Positions 18,295 through 28,195 of a DNA stretch of 56,570 nucleotides are shown piece after piece (positions within the stretch are counted from its first letter, which is position 1; each line of letters starts with the position of its first letter). This DNA comes from Nitrosovibrio sp. Nv4. GTDB taxonomy: Bacteria > Bdellovibrionota > UBA1018 > CAIMNF01. Made by a program: the position numbers and the translations under genes. Where the stretch lies: positions 1 to 56,570 of the forward strand of contig CALPVV020000003.1 of the NCBI GenBank assembly GCA_943327105.2, written 5' to 3'. Below the pieces are notes generated by a model that saw only the letters and a list, made by a program, of their open reading frames with translations, searched no databases and was not told where the DNA came from.

Positions 18295-20091
18295 TTATTC
18301 CTTGAACTTAATGCCTTCAATAATCTTTGACATCTCTTTATTCAGCTCAGGCAATGCTACTGATGCTGCTTTTGGTTTTTCGGGTTGAACTGGATAAAAC
18401 GGTCTAACCACTTTTGAGATTCTGATGAAATCAGATGCGGTGATCTGAAGCTCTTTAACTGGCTCAAGAACGAATTTAGGGTCAAGTGCTTGATCTGGAA
18501 GTGGTTTACCTGTCTCGTAAGAGAATTTTTGGAATACGTAAATGCTATTATATAAGCCACGATTCAAATCAGAAATGATTCCGTCTTTGTTGGCATTAGC
18601 AAAGCCAAAGCCCACGGCTCCCGTATTGGCCACAGTGTATTGGCCTGGACGATCAACAATGATGAGAATCTTCTGGTCATTCACCTGATCAAGGAACGCG
18701 TACAGATCTTCGGTTTCACGAATGATGGTCAGCGCATTGGTAAAGCGACCTTGAGTGGCCACGGGGTGGTAAAGTGAAAAGCTTACCACCGCAATGGTGA
18801 AGAGCTTACGTTCTGTCAACAAAGTCGGAAAAAAGTATCGGAAAGCAACTGGCATCAAAGCAAGGAATGACAAGAACACCAAGAACAAGCGTGCTTGGGT
18901 TGGGTGCGGAAACAAACCAAAATGGTGAGAAAGAACGATTGCAAGGCTGATCGCAACGAGAGCAAGAATGAGACCTGCAAAGGTTTTTTGAGTTTGGTCG
19001 AGGTGTTGTTTCAGTTTAGGTGTAGCAACAACCAAGATAAACACCAACATCGCGATGGCGAGGAAGTTCAAGTAACTCGGGTAAGGGTAATCAGCCTGAA
19101 AGTGAACCATGCCATTAAAAAGATCGCCCGCATGTTTCACTAAGTGATCAAAAGAAAACGGAGGAACGCCTGGAGGGTTTTCAAAAGTGTTCGGAGTCAG
19201 TTTGCGTTGAAGCAACATCGGAATGATGAAGAAAGGCGCAGCTGCGATCAAAAACGCATTCTTAGTGATCATTTCAAATTTGATCTTTTTCATGACCAAA
19301 AGGGTACCCATGATGATTGCAACGTAAGCAATCGACTCATAACGGATCTGAGAAAGCATGATCAAGTTGATGAGAAGAATGCCGAAATTCTCATTGGTTT
19401 GAGCTTTTAAGAACCGGTAAAGGCAGACCAACGACAAACCTAAGAAGAATAGTGAGCAAAGGTCAAATCCGCCCGATGAAGCTGATAGGGTCAAGGTCGG
19501 TATTGAAAGCAACAGCATGCTGGCCGCAATTGCCGACAGTGTTCCTAATGATGCTTCTACAGTAAGGAACGTCATCGAAAGCAGTGCAAAAAGAATAATG
19601 AAGTTCAAGGCAAACACGTTCTGATAGCGATAACCAGAAACGGTGTGGACAATACTGGTGAGAAAAGGAAAGAGCAGTGGGCGAGTGGGGAGGTCGCCTT
19701 GAATTATATTCAAGTTGCCATAGTAAAACTTGGCCTGAGTGACGTTTGAAATATCGCGTCGGAAAGTCATCGATTGAGAAACAGAAAGCAGGTTGGTTTC
19801 ATCGCTCAAAACACGGTATTTAGGAGGGATAGAAACAAAAACTACGATGGTCATCAAAAGGGAAATGGTCAGTGCTTTCCATTTGCCTTTGAGGGATTGC
19901 TTGAAAAATGGAAGGGTCGCGAACACCCAAAAACCGGTCATGATCAAAATGATGTAATATGAAAACCCAGATACCAGAGTTTTACCCAAGGTGAGGTCGT
20001 TTAAGCCAACCAAAAGAGTTGCAAGCGCGATCATAAAAGATACTGCGATGAATGGTATAGGGCGAATGGTTTTTTCAATTAGCTTTTTCAT
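18295..20091 (-). CDS. GT-C fold (ArnT/PMT-like) membrane glycosyltransferase
   Basis: About 12-13 hydrophobic segments, SDE acidic pair in the first large loop, RPLLFP, soluble C-terminal domain. Confidence 0.75.
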   Translation of the reverse strand: MKKLIEKTIRPIPFIAVSFMIALATLLVGLNDLTLGKTLVSGFSYYIILIMTGFWVFATLPFFKQSLKGKWKALTISLLMTIVVFVSIPPKYRVLSDETNLLSVSQSMTFRRDISNVTQAKFYYGNLNIIQGDLPTRPLLFPFLTSIVHTVSGYRYQNVFALNFIILFALLSMTFLTVEASLGTLSAIAASMLLLSIPTLTLSASSGGFDLCSLFFLGLSLVCLYRFLKAQTNENFGILLINLIMLSQIRYESIAYVAIIMGTLLVMKKIKFEMITKNAFLIAAAPFFIIPMLLQRKLTPNTFENPPGVPPFSFDHLVKHAGDLFNGMVHFQADYPYPSYLNFLAIAMLVFILVVATPKLKQHLDQTQKTFAGLILALVAISLAIVLSHHFGLFPHPTQARLFLVFLSFLALMPVAFRYFFPTLLTERKLFTIAVVSFSLYHPVATQGRFTNALTIIRETEDLYAFLDQVNDQKILIIVDRPGQYTVANTGAVGFGFANANKDGIISDLNRGLYNSIYVFQKFSYETGKPLPDQALDPKFVLEPVKELQITASDFIRISKVVRPFYPVQPEKPKAASVALPELNKEMSKIIEGIKFKE

Positions 20092-20107
20092 TTTGGTGCA
20101 CCTTATC

Positions 20108-20153
20108 AAAAAAATAAAGCGCCGACTACAACAGTGTGATAATCGGCGCTTTT
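20108..20153 (-). terminator. Rho-independent terminator after the Thr-repeat gene
   Basis: AAAGCGCCGA...TCGGCGCTTT followed by ATTTTTTT on the minus strand. Confidence 0.8.
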
Positions 20154-20174
20154 AAATTAATTTAGTTTATAAAA

Positions 20175-21140
20175 TTAGTCATCCCAACCGCTAGATGGGC
20201 CTTTTTTCTCGCACTGAGATTCATTGTAAACCCAGTAAAGAGCATCACCGTTCAAGCAGCCATTGTAGCTTGCATTCACCAGTTTGCCAGTGACTCCGTT
20301 ACAGCAGTAACCGCCGGTGTCGGTACCAGTGTTGGTGTTCGTTACTGTGTTCGTTACAGTGTTCGTTACAGTGTTCGTTACAGTATCAGTCACTGTATAA
20401 GTGTAAGTATAGGTGTTGTAGTTAGTAACAGTGTTGTAGTTGGTAACAGTGCTCGTAGTTACAATCGTATCGTAGTTTGTTACTGTTTCAGTATTGTTGA
20501 TGGTTTCAACAGAAGTCACTGTTTCAGTATTGGTCAAAACGTTCGTTACGGTTTGTGTTTCAACGCTAGTTTGAATTTCAGTAACAGTGCTTACGTTGTT
20601 GTTAGTTACTGTTTCAGTTTTAGTTACGGTTTTAGCCTTATTGTCTTTTATGTGTTTGATCACGAGATAAGTGACCACACCTACGATTACAACACCGATG
20701 ATGATAGCAGCAACTTTAAGAGAAGCTCTGCCACCGCCGCTGTAGTTTGCACCTTGTTGGTACTTGCTAGCCATGAATTTCATCGCAATGTTGCCGGCCT
20801 CCTCACTTGACATTTTTTCAGTGTCGATTGATGCCATCAAGCGATCGAAATCAGCGCGAGTCGCGTTGTCGAGCATAGTGTTGCGAGTGAAGTTCATGAT
20901 CTCTTGAGCAGAGATGCCTTGGGCTTCAAGGTTTGCAACGCTTTCTTTGAATGATGCAATTGCTTTTGCTTGGTAGTTCGGGTCTTTAGGATTTACTTCC
21001 ACAGTCATTTTGTAACGGAAACCGTCAAATGCTTTTGCTATTTTATCGTTGTTGATTTGTGCTTGGTTTGAAGTTGATGTAGCGAATGCTGAATTCGACA
21101 GCATGGTTACTACCATCACAAGGCTAAGAATTTTTTTCAT
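20175..21140 (-). CDS. Secreted/membrane protein with Thr-Val-Asn repeat stalk and Cys-rich tip
   Basis: AAGGAAG RBS, signal peptide, helical domain, TM-like segment, ~105-aa TxT repeat, C-terminal 4 Cys. Confidence 0.9.
   Translation of the reverse strand: MKKILSLVMVVTMLSNSAFATSTSNQAQINNDKIAKAFDGFRYKMTVEVNPKDPNYQAKAIASFKESVANLEAQGISAQEIMNFTRNTMLDNATRADFDRLMASIDTEKMSSEEAGNIAMKFMASKYQQGANYSGGGRASLKVAAIIIGVVIVGVVTYLVIKHIKDNKAKTVTKTETVTNNNVSTVTEIQTSVETQTVTNVLTNTETVTSVETINNTETVTNYDTIVTTSTVTNYNTVTNYNTYTYTYTVTDTVTNTVTNTVTNTVTNTNTGTDTGGYCCNGVTGKLVNASYNGCLNGDALYWVYNESQCEKKGPSSGWDD
20335..20382. repeat. Tandem 12-bp repeat GTGTTCGTTAC(A/T) x4 encoding (TVTN)n
   Basis: Four consecutive copies read directly. 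Confidence 0.9.
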
Positions 21141-21429
21141 TGGTACTTCCTTTGTTGTTCATTGGTTTTGGAACTTTTAGTGCAAAGTTGTTTTTGGGTC
21201 AATTGTTTTAGTGTATTTGCATTAAGTTTTTGTAATTAAAGGATTTTTAAAGATTTTCGGTATTTTTGTTTTTAAATTGAATCACTGTAAGTAACGCGAA
21301 ATTGAGAGGTGAATTTAAAGGTCCCTAAGGGGTTGTTTTTTTTTGGCTAACCATGACTTTTCTACGGTGAAAATTTAATGAAAACAAATACAATGGTTAC
21401 ATCACATCGATTTTACCAGGAGGGTATTC

Positions 21430-23970
21430 GTGGCAAAAAAAGGATTAAGCGTCGAGCTCAGCACCATTATCATGACCGCGGTCGGTATTTTTCTATGGAT
21501 CGCGATATTCACCTATAATTCGCAGGATTCTTCACCATTCACCCAATCTACACAGCCTGTGTTGAATTCATGCGGAATGGTGGGGTCGTACCTCTCATCG
21601 ATCTTGCTTCAGTTCTTCGGGCTCGGGGCATTCTTGATTCCTGTTGGGTTTTTATTCGTTGCGGCGCACTTGCACTCGAAAGAGGGCCTCTCGAGAGCAC
21701 TTTCCTCACTTGCTGGGCTTAGTGTTAGCGTCATCTCATTGACGGTTTTTTTGTCGCTTCACTGGAAAAATTGGAGTTGGTCACAAACCGAGTTTCTAAC
21801 CGGAGGTTTCTTCGGAACCTGGTTATCAGTGCCACTGGAAAAGGCATTGAACAGAACCGGCGCTTCGATCGCAACCTTGGCGATCTTCTTGTCGATGTTG
21901 GTGATCTCGACTCCGATCGGTGTTTCGCAAATCATTTCAGCAATGCTTCGAGCAGCGGCGATTGTCGCTTATCGTTTCGGTCGTCTCGCGCTGACATACA
22001 TTGCGTACTATTCAGCAATCGCGTTGAACAAACTGGCTCAGTTCATCGGCATTCAAGCCAAGAAAAGTTTTGTCAATATCAGAACCCGTGCCGAAGCGTA
22101 TCGTCAGGCTCGCCTCGAAGCCAAGCCTCAAGGTTTGACCGAGGCTTCCATGCTTGCTGCAAATGAAGCTGCGGCTGGTGCGACAGTAGAAGACGTTCCG
22201 CAGAAAAAGAAAAAAGAAAAAATTGAAGAAGTTTCAGATCATGCCGTGATCATCGCGGCAGGGGCAACCGCCGAAGATGTTTTTGATGAAAATTCAGGTG
22301 AAGTCGAGAAGTCAGTGATTTCAATCGGCGAGTTGAAGAAACTCAGCAAGAAAGATTCACAACGTGAATTCGACGGTCTTGGTCCGGTCATCGTGAAAGC
22401 GGTTGCTGAACCCGAGAACCCGAAACCAAAATTCAAGTTCGATAAAAAACGCGGAAAGTGGAAATTGCCGGTGATCGATTTCCTTCGCAAAGTAACGAAG
22501 CTTGAAACGGCGATTGACCGCGATCGACTTCATGAACGCGCTGATCTGGTGAAGAACAAGCTTGAAGAGTTTTCCATTCACGGTGATATCACCGCGATGC
22601 GAGTAGGGCCGGTCATTACTCTTTATGAATTCAAACCGGGCCCAGGCATTAAAGTTTCGAGAATTTCAGGCCTGGTAGAAGATCTTTCAATGGCACTGTC
22701 TTCAAAGTCGGTTCGTATTCTTGCGCCACTTCCAGGTAAGGCCGTAGTCGGTATCGAGATTCCTTCTGAAAATCGTGAACAGGTATTGCTTCGTGAGTTC
22801 CTTCAGACCGGTGAGTTTCAAAATCCGAAATACCAATTGCCAGTGGTGATGGGTAAGGACATTTCCGGTCAGTCGATCTTCGCCGATCTTGCCAAGATGC
22901 CACACTTGCTTGTTTCCGGTTCAACCGGTTCAGGTAAGTCGGTGTTCATGAACGGTCTCATTTCATCTTTGCTTTACCGTTTCACCCCTGATGAAATGCG
23001 CTTGATTCTTGTTGACCCGAAATTCATCGAGTTCAGTTTTTATCACGATATTCCTCACTTGCTTTTGCCAGTGGTAGATGACCCGAAAAATGCTTCCAGC
23101 GCGCTCAAATGGGCGGTTCGTGAAATGGAACGCCGCTATCGCATTCTCGAAGCTGCCGGAGTCAGAAATCTTCAAAGCTATAACGAAAGAGTGGATTCAA
23201 TCGGTGCCGAAAAAATGGCCTCTGACCTTCAAGCGGAAGCACAAAGTCAGGAAGCAGAAGGCATCTCAATGACCGGTGGAGACTGGATCGAGGCATTCGA
23301 CAAAGATGAGACCGGAGCACCGGTGATCGGCAAGCTTCCGTACATTGTGATCATCATCGACGAGTTGGCTGACCTCATGATGACCGTGAAAAAAGATGTT
23401 GAAGGTTCGATTGCCCGTATTGCTCAAAAAGCGCGTGCATCAGGAATTCACCTCGTGATTGCAACCCAGCGTCCATCAACCGATGTCATCACCGGTTTGA
23501 TCAAGGCAAACATGCCGACACGCGTTTCATTCTCACTCTCTTCTCAAATTGACTCTCGTACCATTCTTGACCGTCAAGGTGCGGAACGATTGCTCGGGAT
23601 GGGGGATATGCTCTTCATTCCTCCGGGACAGAACGAGCCAATTCGTTTGCAAGGTGCGTTCATGGATGACGCCGAACTCACCAGCATCACTGACTTTTTG
23701 CGTGAGCAAGGCAAGCCGGTTTACCGCAACGAGATCTTGATTGATCCGGAAGAGGCGATGGCTGCTGACGGTGATGATGAAGATAAGGATCCGCTTTATG
23801 AAGAAGCGCTTTTGATCATCCGTTCCAGCAAAACAGCATCTGCAAGTTACTTGCAACGTCGCCTGCAAATCGGGTACAACCGAGCTGCCCGCCTCATTGA
23901 AAACATGGAGGCGAAAGGCATCGTAGGGCCAGCCGATGGTGCGCGCCCAAGGGAGATCTTGATTCCGTGA
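21430..23970 (+). CDS. ftsK: DNA translocase FtsK
   Basis: N-terminal TMs, GSTGSGKS, IIIDELADLM, ATQRPS, gamma domain LQRRLQIGYNRAAR; GGAGG RBS. Confidence 0.97.
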   Translation: MAKKGLSVELSTIIMTAVGIFLWIAIFTYNSQDSSPFTQSTQPVLNSCGMVGSYLSSILLQFFGLGAFLIPVGFLFVAAHLHSKEGLSRALSSLAGLSVSVISLTVFLSLHWKNWSWSQTEFLTGGFFGTWLSVPLEKALNRTGASIATLAIFLSMLVISTPIGVSQIISAMLRAAAIVAYRFGRLALTYIAYYSAIALNKLAQFIGIQAKKSFVNIRTRAEAYRQARLEAKPQGLTEASMLAANEAAAGATVEDVPQKKKKEKIEEVSDHAVIIAAGATAEDVFDENSGEVEKSVISIGELKKLSKKDSQREFDGLGPVIVKAVAEPENPKPKFKFDKKRGKWKLPVIDFLRKVTKLETAIDRDRLHERADLVKNKLEEFSIHGDITAMRVGPVITLYEFKPGPGIKVSRISGLVEDLSMALSSKSVRILAPLPGKAVVGIEIPSENREQVLLREFLQTGEFQNPKYQLPVVMGKDISGQSIFADLAKMPHLLVSGSTGSGKSVFMNGLISSLLYRFTPDEMRLILVDPKFIEFSFYHDIPHLLLPVVDDPKNASSALKWAVREMERRYRILEAAGVRNLQSYNERVDSIGAEKMASDLQAEAQSQEAEGISMTGGDWIEAFDKDETGAPVIGKLPYIVIIIDELADLMMTVKKDVEGSIARIAQKARASGIHLVIATQRPSTDVITGLIKANMPTRVSFSLSSQIDSRTILDRQGAERLLGMGDMLFIPPGQNEPIRLQGAFMDDAELTSITDFLREQGKPVYRNEILIDPEEAMAADGDDEDKDPLYEEALLIIRSSKTASASYLQRRLQIGYNRAARLIENMEAKGIVGPADGARPREILIP

Positions 23971-24281
23971 AGTTTTTGCTTTTGTTGATGCTTTCATTCA
24001 GTGCCCAAGCCCAAAGTCCAACACCACCACCAGCGGAAGTCGAAGCTCAGTCTTCGGATTACGAAGTGGATTATGAAGAGGAACCGGGTACTGAAGAGGT
24101 GGAAGAACCGGTAGTGGAAGAAAAGCCCACTAAAAAAGCCAAAACGAAGGGCGAAAAGGGTTCTAAAGATACAACAGCACAGGGTTCAAGGGCGGAGAAG
24201 AAGATTGCTCCGCTGATGAAGTCAGAAACCAAAAGCATCTATAAAAAGAATGGAAAAGCCCTCGATGTGGATACGGATTAA
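23967..24281 (+). CDS. Small secreted low-complexity protein
   Basis: GTGA overlap with ftsK, signal peptide, acidic then basic tracts. Confidence 0.75.
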   Translation: MKFLLLLMLSFSAQAQSPTPPPAEVEAQSSDYEVDYEEEPGTEEVEEPVVEEKPTKKAKTKGEKGSKDTTAQGSRAEKKIAPLMKSETKSIYKKNGKALDVDTD

Positions 24282-25545
24282 CCAGCCGTTCGCAGTTCCC
24301 GCCGAGGTCAGAAATGTTCTGACCACTCTTTATGATGCCGGTTTTGAGGCTTACCTGGTGGGCGGTTGTGTGCGTGATTGGATTCGCGCCGATCAGATCA
24401 AGGACTACGATGTCGCTACCAGTGCAAAGCCTGAAGATATAGAAAAGATTTTTCCAAAAGTGGTCGAGGTGGGGCGTGCATTCGGAGTCATGAAAGTGAT
24501 TGCCGAAAATGGCAGGCAGATTGAAGTCGCCACTTTTCGTAAAGAATCAGATTATCAAGACCACCGTCACCCGTCGAAAGTAGAATTCAGTAGTGTGATC
24601 GAAGATGCCTCACGTCGTGATTTCACTGTGAATGCTTTCTATTACGATCTCAAAACGGGGCAGGTTCTTGATTTTTATGATGGCCTTTCAGATGTGAAAA
24701 GCAAAGTGATCCGCGCTATCGGCAATCCGGAAGAACGATTTACCGAAGATGCGCTTCGTTTGTTGCGTGCGGTTCGATTTGCTTCGCGATTTGGTTATAC
24801 GATTGAACCGGAAACAGAAGCCGCGATTCAAAAGCTTTCACAGTTGATTCAAAAAGTCAGTATCGAGCGGGTGCGTGACGAGATTGAAAGCATCATTTCC
24901 GGGCCAAGGGCAAAAGATGCGATCATGATGTTGCAACAACTTAAACTTTTTGAATCGGTTTTTCCCGAAATCGCCGTCGCGATTCGAGAAAAGAAAAAAA
25001 TCTGGGATTACACCCTGGCAACACTTGTGCATATCGACCATGATGCTGAGTCTGAAGACCCGGCTTTTTATTTGGCTTTGATTCACTTGCCAGCACTTCG
25101 AAAGTACCCGATTGATCAGCGAGGCGTGCATGCTCAGGGTATTGCCGCACGCTTAAAGCTTTCCAATCATCAGCAGAATCTGTTTTGTTATCTGGTGCAA
25201 GAGACTGCAAAGTTCAGAGAAGTCTTTTCAATGCGTGACGCGACTCTTTTTCGTTGGATGAAGCACGAGTCGTTTCCTATATTGATGCGGTTTCATTCAC
25301 TCGATGCAATGAGTTTTGATGGGAATCATGCCGGGCTTGAATTTGTCAAAAAAGCCTATATTGAGTCTAAAAAACGGTTCGACATGAAGCCCTTGATCAC
25401 CGGTGATGATCTGGTCAGATTGGGCATGCAACCGGGGCGTCAGTTTACCGAAATTCTTGAAACGATCGAAGACCTATCTATCGAAGGTCAAATCAAAACC
25501 AAAGATGAAGCTCTGGAATATGTGCTTCACCATTTTGTTGGTTAG
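24265..25545 (+). CDS. cca: Class II CCA tRNA nucleotidyltransferase
   Basis: GGCVRD...DYDV, EVATFR, RRDFTVN, EDALRLLRAVRF; lacks the poly(A) polymerase G[RK][RK]F signature. Confidence 0.85.
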   Translation: MWIRINQPFAVPAEVRNVLTTLYDAGFEAYLVGGCVRDWIRADQIKDYDVATSAKPEDIEKIFPKVVEVGRAFGVMKVIAENGRQIEVATFRKESDYQDHRHPSKVEFSSVIEDASRRDFTVNAFYYDLKTGQVLDFYDGLSDVKSKVIRAIGNPEERFTEDALRLLRAVRFASRFGYTIEPETEAAIQKLSQLIQKVSIERVRDEIESIISGPRAKDAIMMLQQLKLFESVFPEIAVAIREKKKIWDYTLATLVHIDHDAESEDPAFYLALIHLPALRKYPIDQRGVHAQGIAARLKLSNHQQNLFCYLVQETAKFREVFSMRDATLFRWMKHESFPILMRFHSLDAMSFDGNHAGLEFVKKAYIESKKRFDMKPLITGDDLVRLGMQPGRQFTEILETIEDLSIEGQIKTKDEALEYVLHHFVG

Positions 25546-25554
25546 GGCAGTCGA

Positions 25555-26310
25555 TTAAACGCCCATTCCCCAGCCACCCGACTGATTGAAGGCTTCGCCG
25601 GTAACGGTTGAAGCCTCATCACTGAGAAGGAACTTCACAAAGCCAGCAACTTGGTCGGTGGTCGTAAATTCTTTAATGCATGCTGGTTTCAGCATGATTT
25701 CGGTCGCTACATCTTTTTCGCTCATGCTGTTGAGTTCGGCTTGTTTCTTCATTTGAGCACGCATGAGTGGGGTGTCGACGAAACCTGGGCAAATTGAATT
25801 CACAGTGATTCCGTGTTCTGCGGTTTCAAGTGCAACAACTTTTGCAAAGCCAAGTACACCATGTTTAGCGGCAACATAAGCAGCTTTGAAAGGGCTCGCC
25901 ACTTTTCCGTGAATGCTGGAAATGTTCACGATACGGCCCCATTTTTTAGACTTCATGCCGGGAATCACATGCTTGGTGCACAGGAAAGTTCCTGTGAGCA
26001 TGATGCCGACGAGTTGGTTCCATTTTTCAATCGGGAATTCATCAACAGGTGACATGAATTGCAAACCGCAGTTGTTGATCAGAATATCAACCACGCCGAA
26101 CTTTTTCTCGGTTTCAAGCAGCGCTGCTTTGACTTTCTCTTCACTGGTGACATCACAGTTCACATAAGGAATCGAGTTGTCTTGTGGAGCCTGAATGTCC
26201 CAGCTGATGGCTTTGATGCCAGTCGCTTCAAGGTTTTTGAGAATAGAAAGACCGATACCGCTAGAGCCACCAGTAATTACCGCGATTTTACCATTTGTCA
26301 TGGCCGGCAT
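25555..26310 (-). CDS. bdhA: 3-hydroxybutyrate dehydrogenase
   Basis: TGGSSGIG, GLQF, SIHGKVASPFKAAYVAAKHG, PGFVDTPL. Confidence 0.85.
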   Translation of the reverse strand: MPAMTNGKIAVITGGSSGIGLSILKNLEATGIKAISWDIQAPQDNSIPYVNCDVTSEEKVKAALLETEKKFGVVDILINNCGLQFMSPVDEFPIEKWNQLVGIMLTGTFLCTKHVIPGMKSKKWGRIVNISSIHGKVASPFKAAYVAAKHGVLGFAKVVALETAEHGITVNSICPGFVDTPLMRAQMKKQAELNSMSEKDVATEIMLKPACIKEFTTTDQVAGFVKFLLSDEASTVTGEAFNQSGGWGMGV

Positions 26311-26311
26311 C

Positions 26312-28195
26312 TTATTTCGCAAAAACGATCGTTTCAAGCAGAATCAGGATGATACCGATAATCGATCCTCCGGCGATGATTCCTGCACAAAGGGTTTCTG
26401 AGTTTTCGACAAAAATCTTGTGCTGTTTTGAGCCTTCTTTTGCACCTTTTCTGAAATACCAGACTAGAATTGCACCGGTTGCCATCGCAATCGAGTCAGG
26501 AAATTTCAAAACGAATGCGAGCCCCAGGCCCATTGCGGAGAGTGGAAACTTGCCCTTTGAGCGAATGTTCAGCCATTCAAATACGATCCCTAAAACCAAA
26601 CCAACGAGTGCGGCAATGCGTGCGGTTGGGTGCAATACGCCAAGACCTTTTGTCAGCGCTTCAGCGACTGCTTTGTAAACAGTTGCACTGGGCATCGGTA
26701 ACGTTTCTGAAGTGAAGAGTGAAATGTCGCCGTGAAAGATGGCGTAAAATACAGGAATCGCAATGAGGGAGCCTGCAAAAATTCCCAATACGTGACCAAT
26801 TGCCTGTTGACGGGGCTTAGCACCCAGCATGTAGCCCGGCTTGATATCCATCAGTAGGTTTGAAGCGTTACCTGAAACTTCCGAGTTGATTCCAGCTGCC
26901 ATCAGATTGGTAGTCACACTGCCTGAAGAAATGACCGAGTAGGTAAGCTGGGTGAGTTTTCCCAAAGCACCACCCGGAGTAATCGAGGTCAGACCAGTAG
27001 AGGTCACCGCGATCAGGGTGAAAATGAAAATGAGTGGAATAGCAATCAAACCCTCGAAAATGCCGAAGTTGAACCACGCATGTCCGAAATAAACAATGAG
27101 TGCGCCGACAATCGGGATGCCGACTGCGGAAATCCAGATGGGAAGTTCAATGTGAGCAAGGATGTCTTTCTTCTTTTCCGCTTTTTTACCAAAGAATTTA
27201 CGAAATGCTTCAGCCAATATGGTTGGTTTTGCAAAAAAAGAATAGAGCGAAGACGAAGTCATCATTGCGGCCCCGAACCAAAGTGACCACATGGTGATGG
27301 ATTTGAAATTCGCGTGTTCAATGATTCCTACTTTGATCAGGTACGGAGCAATGATGCAATAATTCAAGATCGCACCAATCAAGAGAGAGATTCCGCTTTT
27401 CATGCTCATGATACCACCGGCTCCGATCATGACGAGTGAAGTATCGAACCGTACGGTGAGGTCTTTTAATGGCGTACCCATGATGGCTGGAGTCGCGAAT
27501 TTGTAGATGAAATCATCAAGATAAGCTGGGATCGCCAGAAATTGTAGTTTCAAATGGGCAAGAACTGATTCGCTGCGAAGGAATTCAATCAATGAGGAAG
27601 CTGCGGCTCCAAAGCCAAGGATTTTTGCCTTGATGACTCCTTCTTTGCCGTCTTTTTCATCATAAAGGTTTTGAAGAACGACTCCGGCGGCATAGCCATC
27701 AGGGAATGGCATCTGTTCATCATTGATGAATCGTTTTTTTAGTGGAAACGCATACAGTACCCCCAGCATGGAAAGTAGAATCAGCCAGGTGATAGTCTGC
27801 CAAAGTGGGATCACCGTTCCGGTGGCCATCATGTAAGCGGGAATGGAAGAGCAAAGGGGAGCGATCACATAACCGGCACTGGTAGCGATCGATTGCATGG
27901 CATTGTTTTCAAGAATGCTCATTTCAGTGCCAAGTTTCATCTTAGAAAGAAATTTGAACATTGTGAATGAAAGAATCACCGAGGTGATACCCACGCCGAG
28001 AGTCCAGCCAGTACGAATGCCGACATAAAGATTGGTGAGGGAGAGAATTCCACCCAAGATCATTCCGGTCATGGCGGAACGCAAATTCAATTGAGGCATG
28101 TCACCACGATAGACGTTCTCAAGCCACCAACGGTCTTTTTGTTCCAAAGTCATGGAATGAATCTGTTCGGGCGTAAGCTCGTTTTTCTTCTTCAT
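26312..28195 (-). CDS. OPT family oligopeptide transporter
   Basis: NLYVGIRTG, ENNAMQSIA, PFPDG, DIKPGYMLGAKPR; many TMs. Confidence 0.92.
   Translation of the reverse strand: MKKKNELTPEQIHSMTLEQKDRWWLENVYRGDMPQLNLRSAMTGMILGGILSLTNLYVGIRTGWTLGVGITSVILSFTMFKFLSKMKLGTEMSILENNAMQSIATSAGYVIAPLCSSIPAYMMATGTVIPLWQTITWLILLSMLGVLYAFPLKKRFINDEQMPFPDGYAAGVVLQNLYDEKDGKEGVIKAKILGFGAAASSLIEFLRSESVLAHLKLQFLAIPAYLDDFIYKFATPAIMGTPLKDLTVRFDTSLVMIGAGGIMSMKSGISLLIGAILNYCIIAPYLIKVGIIEHANFKSITMWSLWFGAAMMTSSSLYSFFAKPTILAEAFRKFFGKKAEKKKDILAHIELPIWISAVGIPIVGALIVYFGHAWFNFGIFEGLIAIPLIFIFTLIAVTSTGLTSITPGGALGKLTQLTYSVISSGSVTTNLMAAGINSEVSGNASNLLMDIKPGYMLGAKPRQQAIGHVLGIFAGSLIAIPVFYAIFHGDISLFTSETLPMPSATVYKAVAEALTKGLGVLHPTARIAALVGLVLGIVFEWLNIRSKGKFPLSAMGLGLAFVLKFPDSIAMATGAILVWYFRKGAKEGSKQHKIFVENSETLCAGIIAGGSIIGIILILLETIVFAK

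Noticed and set aside
20335-20382. Tandem repeat as a CRISPR array
   Set aside because: 12-bp units with no spacers, in frame within a CDS, no cas genes
24265-25545. Poly(A) polymerase PcnB
   Set aside because: Has VGRAFGV instead of the G[RK][RK]F signature; EDxxR and the flexible loop fit a CCA enzyme
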